NCBI GenBank assembly: GCA_963723955.1
Contig: CAVRSU010000013.1
Coordinates: forward strand, 230,893-294,892
DNA: 64,000 nucleotides
Reading direction: 5' to 3'
DNA from: an uncultured delta proteobacterium
GTDB taxonomy: Bacteria; Myxococcota_A; Polyangia; Fen-1088
This document shows positions 30,264 to 39,246 of this stretch, piece by piece; positions within the stretch are counted from its first letter, which is position 1; every line of letters begins with the position of its first letter. The notes under the pieces are model-generated. The model did not search any database, was not told the DNA's origin, and saw only the letters and a list, made by a program, of their open reading frames with translations. The translations under genes were made by a program, and so were the position numbers.

Positions 30264-30913
30264 GGAAGAGAGCTCCTGTCGTCTGATGTCGTCTCCGCTG
30301 GGCGCCGGTTAGCGCTCTGAAATTGTAGAAAAGCCGCTATGGGATCGGCGGCATTCCAGACCGCGCCCAGGATTGCCACCCCGTCGAAACCCAGCATGCG
30401 GCAGACGGGCAGACACTGTGCGGTCACGCCCCCTAGCGCGAAAACCTCGGTGCGCTTCTCCGCCGGGCCGCGGGCGGCAAGGACGGCGCGCAGCTCGTCG
30501 AGAACGTGCCTGGGCGCGGGCCCATACCCGGGCTTGCTGAGCGAGGAGAAAACCGGGCTGAAGAAGATCGAATCGTAGCGTCCGAGCGCCGCTTTCACCG
30601 CGGCTAGGTCGTGACAGGAACGGCTGGTCGGGCAGCCTGGTGGCAGGCGAAGCGCGGGATCCTCGGGCGCCTCCCCGTCGTCGCGAAAGTGAATACCGCC
30701 GACGCGAAAGGATGACGCCAAGTGGGCGTACGAATGAAGAACGATTCTGTCCCGCCAGCGCGCCGGCAGCGACTCGAGCCACAGGGCAACCTGCGCGCTT
30801 TTCCAGCCGGGCTTGCGCAGGTGATAGCGTTCGAGCCCGGCCGCGAATAGCGATTCGACGGTGGCGACTTCGTTGGGCCGCTCGCCAGGGGTCGAAATCA
30901 CAACGATATTCAT
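30260..30913 (-). CDS. thiE: thiamine-phosphate synthase ThiE
   Basis: 217 aa TMP-synthase family; operon position between thiS and thiG. Confidence 0.8.
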   Translation of the reverse strand: MNIVVISTPGERPNEVATVESLFAAGLERYHLRKPGWKSAQVALWLESLPARWRDRIVLHSYAHLASSFRVGGIHFRDDGEAPEDPALRLPPGCPTSRSCHDLAAVKAALGRYDSIFFSPVFSSLSKPGYGPAPRHVLDELRAVLAARGPAEKRTEVFALGGVTAQCLPVCRMLGFDGVAILGAVWNAADPIAAFLQFQSANRRPAETTSDDRSSLP

Positions 30914-31134
30914 CCGCCCTGACTCGCCTGGATGATGAGGATCCGATCACCCTCGTGCAATGGCTGATCGGCCCAGCGTCCGCGCGGCACCACCTCGGCG
31001 TTTACGGCCACTGCCAGTCCGGGCCGACCGCCTAGTGCCATCTCCTCCAGCAAGGACAGTATTCCCGTGCCGCTCCTCACGGCGCGATCCGCGTCGTTCA
31101 CATACACGTGCAAGATATCAGGCGCGGCGGTCAT
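30910..31134 (-). CDS. thiS: sulfur-carrier protein ThiS
   Basis: 74 aa ending ...[10 protein letters not shown] (C-terminal GG); ATG 31134; ATGA overlap with thiE. Confidence 0.8.
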   Translation of the reverse strand: MTAAPDILHVYVNDADRAVRSGTGILSLLEEMALGGRPGLAVAVNAEVVPRGRWADQPLHEGDRILIIQASQGG

Positions 31135-31274
31135 AGTCGCGCCACCTTGGACGCCGCACCACGGCCGCGCTCGGGCCAAGCGCTGAAAAATAGGATTTGA
31201 ACGACGAGAACCATGCGAGGGAGCCCTTTCCGTGCTCGAACCGTCCCTTGGGCTCAAGCTCCCTCCGCATTTGC

Positions 31275-31375
31275 GGCGAAAACCTGTTTTCCCTACGGCG
31301 GCGCGACACGCATCAGGTTCGAAGGCTTCCGGGACGGTTCCTGTCCCAATCTCAGCCCGGAGCCCCGGGCACGCC
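31275..31375 (-). promoter_or_regulatory. TPP (thiamine pyrophosphate) riboswitch upstream of thiS-thiE-thiG-thiH-thiF
   Basis: minus-strand RNA GGGGCUCCGGGCUGAGAUUGGGACAGGAACCGUCCCGGAAGCCUUCGAACCUGAUGCGUGUCGCGCCGCCGUAGGGAAAACAGG contains the conserved CUGAGA, GAACCUGAU and GUAGGGAA blocks of the THI element. Confidence 0.8.
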
Positions 31376-31505
31376 TAAACGAGGTAAGGTCAAATAGGAC
31401 TTACCAGAGGGGGGTTTTCAAGCGAAAAGCAACGTGCGGGTCCAAGAATCGCCCGCATCTCCCCTGGCGCGCTTCCGGCATTCGGACTTGTCTGGTCTTG
31501 TTTCG

Positions 31506-32495
31506 TTAGAACGCCGAGAGGATGTCCTTCTTCTTGGCCTCGTATTCGGCCTGGGTGATGAGCTGCTGGTCGAGCAGGGACTTGAGCTTCATGAGCTTGG
31601 CCGTGACGTCGTCGGGCTGCGCTGCCGCCTGGGCTGCGGCGGGAGGCACGACCGCCCCGGCCATGCCCATACCCACAGCCATGGCCATGCCGACTCCGCC
31701 CGAGCCTTGGTTCTTCGCCGCTTCCCGCAGCGCCTCGAGTTGCTGGAGTTGGGCATAGCTGACGCCCGCGGCGCTGGCGGCCTGAGCCTCGGCACTGACG
31801 TCGGCGATACGGCTGATCCGGCGCATGGTATCGTCATCAAAGCTCGTGCCCTGGACGCGGAAATCCTCGAGTTGGAATCCCAACTGCGTGAACTCTTGCT
31901 TCAATTTGGCCGACAGAGCCTTCGCGATCTCTTCGCGGTTGGGATCGATCTGGGTGTACGTGTAGCCGGCCTCGGCGAAGAAATCCGTCAACGGCTGTAC
32001 CAGGCGCGCATTGAGTGGCTCGCGGATTTGCTCCACGAGAAAGACGTGGCTGCCGCCGACGACTTGCTGGAAGAAGGAGCGTGGGTCGACGATGCGCATG
32101 GAATAGTTGCCAAACGCGCGCAGGCCGACCGGAAACTTGTATTGGGGGTCTTGGTACTTGATGGGCGATTCGGTTCCCCATTTGAGGTTCAGGATCTTGG
32201 CGGTGCGGAAGAAGTAGAGGCCGACCTTGTGCTCGCTTTTGAATCCCTGCATGAATCTCAGCAGGGTCGTGAAAAACGGCTTGTTGGCTGTGCGAAGCTC
32301 GAAGAGGCCTTCCTCGGTGTAGACCGCCTCCACGCGGCCTTCATAGACGAACACGCAACCTTGACCTGGTCCCACGATGAGCTTGGAGGCGTTCTTGATT
32401 TCGTCGCCGCTGTCGGTCCAGCGGTGAAACAGAAAGTTCGGGTCGGGATTTTCCCACTGAATGACGGAGCGCAACTGCGTCGCAAGAAAACTCAT
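31506..32495 (-). CDS. SPFH (band-7)-like domain protein with C-terminal SHOCT domain (COG4260 / virion-core-protein-like)
   Basis: start ATG 32495 (MSFLATQ); C-terminal DVTAKLMKLKSLLDQQLITQAEYEAKKKDIL is a SHOCT motif; Ala/Gly/Met-rich linker. Confidence 0.6.
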   Translation of the reverse strand: MSFLATQLRSVIQWENPDPNFLFHRWTDSGDEIKNASKLIVGPGQGCVFVYEGRVEAVYTEEGLFELRTANKPFFTTLLRFMQGFKSEHKVGLYFFRTAKILNLKWGTESPIKYQDPQYKFPVGLRAFGNYSMRIVDPRSFFQQVVGGSHVFLVEQIREPLNARLVQPLTDFFAEAGYTYTQIDPNREEIAKALSAKLKQEFTQLGFQLEDFRVQGTSFDDDTMRRISRIADVSAEAQAASAAGVSYAQLQQLEALREAAKNQGSGGVGMAMAVGMGMAGAVVPPAAAQAAAQPDDVTAKLMKLKSLLDQQLITQAEYEAKKKDILSAF

Positions 32496-32683
32496 CGCAC
32501 GCCTCCCGTGTTCGTGAACATTGAAATGGATCATCGGATCCTACTCCGAATCTTGCTCGTCTGTCTGCCCATCCTGTTCGTACATGTACCACTGCGAAGA
32601 CGGCAAGAGTCCGATCGGCAGGTAGGGTTTCGGGGTGATCGGCCTCACTTTTTTCCGATCCCGAGGAGGGGTATCCTTCGCTC

Positions 32684-33223
32684 ATGCGTGAAGCAGAAAT
32701 GCGGCGGCGAATCGATGGGTTCCTCAAGCGGCGGATGCAGGCAATGCTGGCGCCCGCGCTGGGGCTGGGCCTGGCGGTGGCCGGGTGCGGAAAGACGACC
32801 TCGACGCCCATCTATTCGGCGCCCAACCCCGACGGTCAGATTGACCCCATCGGGGACGCGGCCGGCCTGGCCCACTACACCCCCGTCTATTCAGCGCCGA
32901 TGGCGCCTGATGCCTCGACAGCCGATGTCTGGGGCGCCAAGGACACCACGGTGCTGGGGCTCGAGGCCGCGCCGGACGTGGCATCCGTCGCAGACGCCGC
33001 GCCGGATTTCGGCAAGGCCGATCTCATCCCGATCGACGAAGCCGAGACGCCAGATGCGAATAGGGATTCGCCGAGCGAGGCCGGTTCGAGCGAGGCCGGC
33101 TCAGGGGTTGACGCAGGGATGGATCTTGGAATTTCCACCGTGAAATACATGGCCCAGGCTCCCGACGCGGGCCTGGATCTCGGCATGATTTCCCGCTACA
33201 TGGCGCTGCACCCGGCGGGCTGA
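32684..33223 (+). CDS. hypothetical secreted lipoprotein (Asp/Ala-rich)
   Basis: GGAGG RBS; signal peptide plus lipobox LAVAGCG. Confidence 0.4.
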   Translation: MREAEMRRRIDGFLKRRMQAMLAPALGLGLAVAGCGKTTSTPIYSAPNPDGQIDPIGDAAGLAHYTPVYSAPMAPDASTADVWGAKDTTVLGLEAAPDVASVADAAPDFGKADLIPIDEAETPDANRDSPSEAGSSEAGSGVDAGMDLGISTVKYMAQAPDAGLDLGMISRYMALHPAG

Positions 33224-33242
33224 TCGAGAGGAAACGACGGTC

Positions 33243-33767
33243 CTACGATTGGGGTCGGCCCCTGCGCCTGGCGCGGCCACGACGGACGAGGACGTACAGC
33301 AGCAATGCGAGCAGCACAAGAACGAGAACCGCCATGAGGGGCGTTCCGCGCGCCACGGTCGACACTTCGAGCGCGCCGCGAACCAGTCGAACGAGCAGGC
33401 GCACGATGAAAGTGCCAAAGCGAAGCAGGATGGGCAGCAGCATGAGCAGACCGAGGATCTGCAGCCAGCGCATCCGCTTGGGTGAAATCGTGCCCGGAGC
33501 ATTGGGAAAGCCGCCAGCCGCCGCGCGCGGCCAGGCGCTCTGGCCGCCATCGTAGGCCGACCTCCGCGCGGGATCGGAAAGAATCTCGTAGGCGCGGTTG
33601 ATCGCCGCCATCTTCTCGGCGGCCAAACCTTCCAGGGGATTGCCCTGGTGTTTGTCGGGATGATACTTGGCCACCAGCACGTGGTACGCGGCGCGAATCT
33701 CGCTGTCGGTGGCGCTGCGGGCAACGCCCAGGATGGCATAGGGATCGGGTTCGGGCTTCGGCATCAT
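33243..33767 (-). CDS. J-domain (DnaJ-like) membrane protein
   Basis: DPYAILGVARSATDSEIRAAYHVLVAKYHPDK (HPD motif) followed by two C-terminal TM helices; immediately downstream of hflC. Confidence 0.8.
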   Translation of the reverse strand: MMPKPEPDPYAILGVARSATDSEIRAAYHVLVAKYHPDKHQGNPLEGLAAEKMAAINRAYEILSDPARRSAYDGGQSAWPRAAAGGFPNAPGTISPKRMRWLQILGLLMLLPILLRFGTFIVRLLVRLVRGALEVSTVARGTPLMAVLVLVLLALLLYVLVRRGRARRRGRPQS

Positions 33768-33776
33768 GACTGCGGA

Positions 33777-34748
33777 CTATCGGGCTGAAGGCGTGGCCTT
33801 TCCGCCCATGGCGGTTTGCGACTGCAGGTAGCGGAAAGCATCCGTCGAGGTGGACAAGACCAGCCAGCTCTCCTTGTCGATGGTGGTGCGGAAGGTTTCC
33901 ATGGTCTTGAGGAAGCGATAGAGCTCGCGATTGCGGTTGTAGGCGTCGGCGTAGATGGCTGCGGCCTCGGCGTCGCCGCGGCCCATGATTTCCTGGGTCT
34001 TGCGATAGGCCTCGGATTCGATGACCTTGAGCTCGCGCTCTTTCTTGCCGCGGACTTCGGCGCTCTTGCCCTGGCCTTCGGAACGGTGGCGGTCGGCGAT
34101 GCGCTTGCGCTCGGAGATCATGCGTTCGAAGACCTTGGCCTGTACGCTTTCGATGTAGTTGACCCGTTGGATCTGGACGTCGACCAGCTCGATGCCGTAG
34201 TCGGGTACCACGTGCTGGACATGTTCGAGAATGAGCCGGGTGATTTTGTCGCGCCCAAGCTCGATGGCACGCATGGACTCTGCCTCCATGATGTCCTCGA
34301 CCTCTTCGCCCTTTTCGAAGGCGCGGTTGGTGGTGCGCACGACCTCGATAAGATCGTGGCTGGCGATGACGTTGCGGGTTTCACCGTCGATGATGTCGTC
34401 CAGCCGCGATTGGGCGCGGCGCTCGTCGCGCAAGCGCTGGAAGAAGAGCAACGGGTTGGCGATGCGCCAGCGCGCATAGGTCTCGACGCCGATGTATTTC
34501 TTGTCGCGGGTGGGAACTTGGTTGGCGTTGCCGTTCCATTCCAGCCAGCGTCTTTCGAACACGTTGGCTTCCTGGGCGAACGGCATCTTGAGGTGCAGTC
34601 CCGCCTGCGTGACCGCTTCCCCCATGGGCTCGCCGAACTGGGTGATGATGACCTGCTCGGTTTCCGCCACCGTGTAGAGAGCGGAAGACAGCGTCGCCAG
34701 GCCCAGCACCGCGAACGCGCCGCCGATGACCAGAGAACGGCCGGTCAT
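33777..34748 (-). CDS. hflC: protease modulator HflC (SPFH family)
   Basis: N-terminal TM helix then SPFH domain; 4-nt overlap with hflK. Confidence 0.85.
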   Translation of the reverse strand: MTGRSLVIGGAFAVLGLATLSSALYTVAETEQVIITQFGEPMGEAVTQAGLHLKMPFAQEANVFERRWLEWNGNANQVPTRDKKYIGVETYARWRIANPLLFFQRLRDERRAQSRLDDIIDGETRNVIASHDLIEVVRTTNRAFEKGEEVEDIMEAESMRAIELGRDKITRLILEHVQHVVPDYGIELVDVQIQRVNYIESVQAKVFERMISERKRIADRHRSEGQGKSAEVRGKKERELKVIESEAYRKTQEIMGRGDAEAAAIYADAYNRNRELYRFLKTMETFRTTIDKESWLVLSTSTDAFRYLQSQTAMGGKATPSAR

Positions 34749-35761
34749 GGCTTCACCTCCTGATTCGGACCCATGGGAAACATGGGCAAGATGCCCTTGG
34801 CTTTTTCGTCGAAGATCAGTTTCCGGCCCGCTGCGGGCAGCACCGCCGCTAGGGTTTCAAGATAGATACGGGTGCGCGTGACTTCGGGCGACTTGCGGTA
34901 CTGCTCTTCCAGCGCGGTGAAGCGTTGCGCGTCGCCCTTGGCGCGGTTTACGCGATCGATGGCGTAGCCCTCGGCGGCCTGGATCTTCTGTTCGGCGAGA
35001 CCGCGGGCACGGGGAATTTCCTGGTTGTATTCGGCCCAGGCTTCGTTGATGGAGCGCTCGCGCTCCTGAATGGCCTGGTTGACGGCGTTGAAGGACGGCC
35101 GCACGGGTTCGGGTGGATCCACGTCTTGCAGAATGAGCTGCTGAACCGAAATCCCGTTGTCGTAGAGCTTGCACAAATTGGAGAGTAGCTGCTTGGCCTT
35201 GGCCGCAATCGCCTCGCGTCCGACGGTGAGCAGCTCGGTGACGCTGTGATCGCCCACGACCGTGCGCATGGACGCCTCGGTCATGAGGCGGAAGGTTTCC
35301 TCCGTGTCGCGCATGCGGAAGAGGTACTTGTACGGGTCGGAGATCTTGTACTGAACGATCCACTCGACGGTGGCCACGTTCAGGTCACCGGTCAGCATGA
35401 CGGACTCGGCGGCGGTCTTTTCGTCCTTGTGGAACGAGCTTTGAATGTCGGCGCTGGCGGTGCGAAAGCCAAACTCCTGCTTGAGCGTGCGCTGCACGGG
35501 AACCTTCTGCACGCGTTCGATGCCGAAGGGGAACTTGCCGTGCGGGCCGGGGTTGCTGGTGCGCACGAAGCGCCCAAAGCGTGTCACCAGCCCGACCTCG
35601 TCGGGTTCGACCTGGTAGTACGAGCCGTAGGTCGCGACCAGCCCGACGATCACCAGCCCGGCGATAAGCAGCAGCTTACGCGAATCGCGTAGCCGGACGC
35701 CGAACTCGCGTGCCGCGCGCGTGAATTCATCCGGATCGAAGCCAGGGCCGTGATTTGCCAT
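34745..35761 (-). CDS. hflK: protease modulator HflK (SPFH family)
   Basis: ATG 35761 (GTG alternative at 35776); TM helix LLLIAGLVIVGLVATYG then SPFH domain. Confidence 0.85.
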   Translation of the reverse strand: MANHGPGFDPDEFTRAAREFGVRLRDSRKLLLIAGLVIVGLVATYGSYYQVEPDEVGLVTRFGRFVRTSNPGPHGKFPFGIERVQKVPVQRTLKQEFGFRTASADIQSSFHKDEKTAAESVMLTGDLNVATVEWIVQYKISDPYKYLFRMRDTEETFRLMTEASMRTVVGDHSVTELLTVGREAIAAKAKQLLSNLCKLYDNGISVQQLILQDVDPPEPVRPSFNAVNQAIQERERSINEAWAEYNQEIPRARGLAEQKIQAAEGYAIDRVNRAKGDAQRFTALEEQYRKSPEVTRTRIYLETLAAVLPAAGRKLIFDEKAKGILPMFPMGPNQEVKP

Positions 35762-35823
35762 GGCACCTTCTGACACTCTATTGGGGAAAACTCAAATGCT
35801 GTGGGCGCGGGCGACGCGTGCGC

Positions 35824-36012
35824 TCACCTGTCCATGAGCGGATACTCGACCCGCAGGCCGCGGAAGCGGGCGAAGTCACGATCGTTCGTGATGAGGGTCG
35901 CACCGTGCTCGATGGTCAGTGCCGCGAGGTGGGCGTCCGAAACCAGGGGTCCGCTTGCTTGCCCTCCTTCGAGCACTCGGCCGAGGATTTCCCAATGACG
36001 CTTCGTCGGCAC
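35824..36012 (-). pseudogene. VapC-like PIN-domain toxin, C-terminal fragment only (remnant)
   Basis: 62 aa ...DAHLAALTIEHGATLITNDRDFARFRGLRVEYPL matches the C-terminal third of VapC; upstream in-frame sequence has no PIN N-terminal motif and no antitoxin gene is present. Confidence 0.35.
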
Positions 36013-36159
36013 TACAAGCCAGGAGCGGATCCTTCTCGCCCATGGTTTGGTGGGGACTGGCGTGAGCTCTCCGTTTTTGGTAGGACTGGGCGAGCTTCTC
36101 GGCGTCGCAGCGATCGGTCTTCACCCGGTTGCCAGGCTCCCTCGGAATCAGCGTTTGGA

Positions 36160-37347
36160 CTACCGTTCCTCAACCATGATGAGCAAATCGTCTGGCGCAG
36201 GGGGCTCATCGGACTTCCCGGGGGATGGGCGCACAGCGGATGCCACCAGCCTGCTCGCGCTCGCCGCGGCGGCGTGGGCCGCCTCGGGCATGCTGGCACG
36301 GCCAGTCGAAACATGGCCGACCGCAGTCCTGCCGACGTCCGGCGACGCCTCCTTCGCAGCACCGACACTTGTCGAGAAGCGACCGGTGGCGCCTGCGTGG
36401 GGTACCTTGACCGGTGCCGGTGTCTTCTCCCCCGCGGGGAAGCTCACCGCATGCGCGATTGCCACAGGGGCAGGTGTATGCGTGGCGGCGAGCTTGGCCG
36501 CTTCCGCAGCCGCCTCCGCATCGACCAATCCGAGCAAGGTAGCCGCCTGGGTAACCACCTTTCGCAGCTCCACCAGGGAAATGCTTTCTACCATCTCGTC
36601 AAACAACTCGCGCTCGCCGCTGGGCGATCCGACCTTGGGGAAGAGAGCCGAGTCGGTGAATTGGCGCTGTTCACGCGCCGCTTGGCGCGCCGCTTTGCGC
36701 ACGACGACCCGGACGGCCAACGGCAAATCGCGTTCGAAGGTCTCATCGCCTAGGATATCCAGAATCTCCGTGTCGCTCATGATCGCGTAGCGACGGATCG
36801 CCTTGAGCTCGACCGCCATCAACGCGCGCGTCGTTTGGTTCGGAGCCTGCTTCCACCAATGGTCTTGGGTCTCGTATTCCCAGATGGTCTGGGCAGGGAG
36901 ATAGGCGACGATGTCCGACGGATCGAGGTACTTGAGGTAGAGCTGGCAGATCGAGAGCGCACGATCGGCTTCGCCTCGTATCTCACGCTCCTCGTCTGGT
37001 ATGTCGTCCGCTGCGAGTAGCTCGATCTGGGACACCAACGCCGCCGAAGGAAGCCTTCGCAGCAGAGTGGTTGGACCGCCGGTCATGGCTCTGACCAATC
37101 GCGCGCGAAGGTCAGCCCGCTGGTTGAACGCATCCAGCACCATCTGCGGCCCAAACCTCCGGTAGAAGGCTTCTGGTGTCCGCAAGGGCTGCGGCGAGGA
37201 ATGAAGGGCAGCAAGGACATCCACCAAAAACTGCAGCCCCGGATGGCGGTTGACGTGACCAAGAGCCTCTTCCTGCAGGTCGCCATCGGTCCGGTTGCTG
37301 TTCGCGTGTTTCAGTGCGCTAGGGATATGCAGATTGATCCTATCCAT
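36160..37347 (-). CDS. hypothetical protein
   Basis: ORF 36160..37485, start at internal ATG 37347 (MDRINLH); coding-type GC3 bias; no recognisable domain. Confidence 0.45.
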   Translation of the reverse strand: MDRINLHIPSALKHANSNRTDGDLQEEALGHVNRHPGLQFLVDVLAALHSSPQPLRTPEAFYRRFGPQMVLDAFNQRADLRARLVRAMTGGPTTLLRRLPSAALVSQIELLAADDIPDEEREIRGEADRALSICQLYLKYLDPSDIVAYLPAQTIWEYETQDHWWKQAPNQTTRALMAVELKAIRRYAIMSDTEILDILGDETFERDLPLAVRVVVRKAARQAAREQRQFTDSALFPKVGSPSGERELFDEMVESISLVELRKVVTQAATLLGLVDAEAAAEAAKLAATHTPAPVAIAHAVSFPAGEKTPAPVKVPHAGATGRFSTSVGAAKEASPDVGRTAVGHVSTGRASMPEAAHAAAASASRLVASAVRPSPGKSDEPPAPDDLLIMVEER

Positions 37348-37497
37348 GCTCCCAGTATCGCCATTCGTGGCCTTCTGCTTTAGCCCCACTGGCCTACAAG
37401 CCGGGATCTGGTGGATAGGCGAACATGGCCTGCAGGTTCGCTGAGTCGCCGAAGGGATTTCTCCGAGAGGGCACCAAGAGAGCAACCACGCTCGGGA

Positions 37498-38697
37498 ATG
37501 AATCTGCGCATGCGGACGGCCACCACGACGAAACTGACCCTCACAATGTTGATCGGAGGACTTGCCTTCGCTATGACGGCCGCGAGCTGCAACGCTAGCG
37601 GCGGCAGCGTCGCCAGCAGCATGTCCGGGGGGGCGAGTGGAAGCGGCGGCAACAGCAGCGCAGGCGGCACCACCGGTTCGGGCGGGAATACTGGCTCAGG
37701 CGGATCCAGCGCCAGCGGCGGATCCAGCGCCAGCGGCGGATCCAGCGCCACTGGCGGATCCAGCGCCAGCGGCGGATCCAGCGCCAGCGGCGGATCGCCG
37801 GGTAACGGCGGGTCGACAGGGACCGGCGGCGCATCGGGAGTCGGAGGATCGTCGAGCACCGGCGGTTCCTCGGCCAGTGGCGGCTCGTCGGGAAGTGTCG
37901 ACGCAGCTGGTGGATCATCGAGCGATGACGGCTCGACGGGCACGGGTGGCGTGACCACCGGTGGATCGCCGGGCGATGGTGGCTCGACAGGGACAGGTGG
38001 CGCGGCCACCGGTGGATCGTCGAGCAGCGGCGGATCCAGCGCCAGCGGCGGCTCGTCCGGCGACGGCGGCATAGCGGGATCCGGAGGATCTACCGGATCG
38101 GGCGGCTCGACCGGCAAGAGCTGCCCCAACGCCATCGTCCCCGCCAACGGCACCAACGGCGGCGTGACGGACTTTACGGACTATTCCACCATCACGGGCA
38201 AGTGGGGCAGCACGAGCGGGCTCTATGGGAGCGTGTATTCCTACGCGGGATCGAGCTCCACCATGACGGCCACAGTGGACACGACGGGCAAGAACCTGCA
38301 TCTGACGGGAGACGTGGCTAGCGGCGACTATGCCGGCGGGGGGGTGAGCTTCAACGTCTGCGCGACAGTGGCCTCGTTCACACAGATCAAGTATAGCCTC
38401 GCGGGCAGCGCGTCCGGCTGCAATCTGCAACTGCAAATCAAGACCTTCGACCAAATGCCCCTCACCCAGACTCCGCCCGGCGGCTGCGACGAGACCGCCG
38501 GCACGTGCTACGGATTCCCGGCGTTGCAGGGTATTCCGCTCTCCAGCACGGCTACCGACGTCGTCGAGTCGCTTAGCGACTTCTCGGGCTGGACGGATGC
38601 GGACGCCACCCAAGTCGTGGGCATGCAGTGGCAGTTCAATGCCAGTCCGTCCTGCTCAGTGGACGTGACAGTCACCAACATCACCTTCCTGCCCTAG
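37498..38697 (+). CDS. Gly/Ser-rich repeat lipoprotein with a C-terminal globular (carbohydrate-binding-like) domain
   Basis: ATG 37498 (MNLRMRTATTTKLTLTMLIGGLAFAMTAASC lipobox); about 200 aa of GGS(S/T)ASGG repeats; C-terminal Cys-containing domain. Confidence 0.6.
   Translation: MNLRMRTATTTKLTLTMLIGGLAFAMTAASCNASGGSVASSMSGGASGSGGNSSAGGTTGSGGNTGSGGSSASGGSSASGGSSATGGSSASGGSSASGGSPGNGGSTGTGGASGVGGSSSTGGSSASGGSSGSVDAAGGSSSDDGSTGTGGVTTGGSPGDGGSTGTGGAATGGSSSSGGSSASGGSSGDGGIAGSGGSTGSGGSTGKSCPNAIVPANGTNGGVTDFTDYSTITGKWGSTSGLYGSVYSYAGSSSTMTATVDTTGKNLHLTGDVASGDYAGGGVSFNVCATVASFTQIKYSLAGSASGCNLQLQIKTFDQMPLTQTPPGGCDETAGTCYGFPALQGIPLSSTATDVVESLSDFSGWTDADATQVVGMQWQFNASPSCSVDVTVTNITFLP
37720..37812. repeat. 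18-bp tandem repeat (ggcggatccagcgccagc) x5 encoding GGSSAS
   Basis: direct reading of the sequence. Confidence 0.7.
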
Positions 38698-38748
38698 TTC
38701 CGCCCGTCAGAGCTTCGAGCACATCGGTCCGATTGTGAAGGGAAAGAC

Positions 38749-39246
38749 ATGCGTACATTCGGCACTTTCTTGGCAGTAGGAATCCTGGGATTGGCCGCGG
38801 GCTGCGGCGGTAGCAGCAGCAGCAATAGCACCGGGGCATGCAACTATCCGAGCTGCCTCGCGAGCTTGGACGCGACCTGCGCGCCATCTGGGACTTGCGT
38901 CGATCAGATGGACGCCACAACGGGTCTGGGCAACTCCTGTTACTCGAATGGTGTGAAGGTCCTAACCACCTACGACTTCACCTCACAAAACATCGTCGCG
39001 ACGATCAAGAATGCCGGCGGGACCTGCTACACCTTCAACATCGGGACGTCAGCAGCGGGAGATTCGACCTACGCCTACATCATCAAAAATGCGTCGGGTC
39101 AGACGGTTGCAACTGGGACGAGGGATGCCGCCGGGACGACCATCATCACTTGTACCGGCGGCCAACCGGTCACTCTCAACTCGAGTTGTGATACTGCTAC
39201 CCTGATAGCCAATTCTTCCTGCACGCCCGGAACCTGCACCCCCTAA
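38749..39246 (+). CDS. small Cys-rich secreted lipoprotein
   Basis: signal/lipobox LGLAAGCGGSSSS; about 12 Cys in 165 aa. Confidence 0.55.
   Translation: MRTFGTFLAVGILGLAAGCGGSSSSNSTGACNYPSCLASLDATCAPSGTCVDQMDATTGLGNSCYSNGVKVLTTYDFTSQNIVATIKNAGGTCYTFNIGTSAAGDSTYAYIIKNASGQTVATGTRDAAGTTIITCTGGQPVTLNSSCDTATLIANSSCTPGTCTP

Noticed and set aside
36012-36368. ORFs 36012..36368 and 35876..36124 as the missing N-terminus of the VapC fragment
   Set aside because: The translations are Arg/Pro-rich with no PIN motifs.
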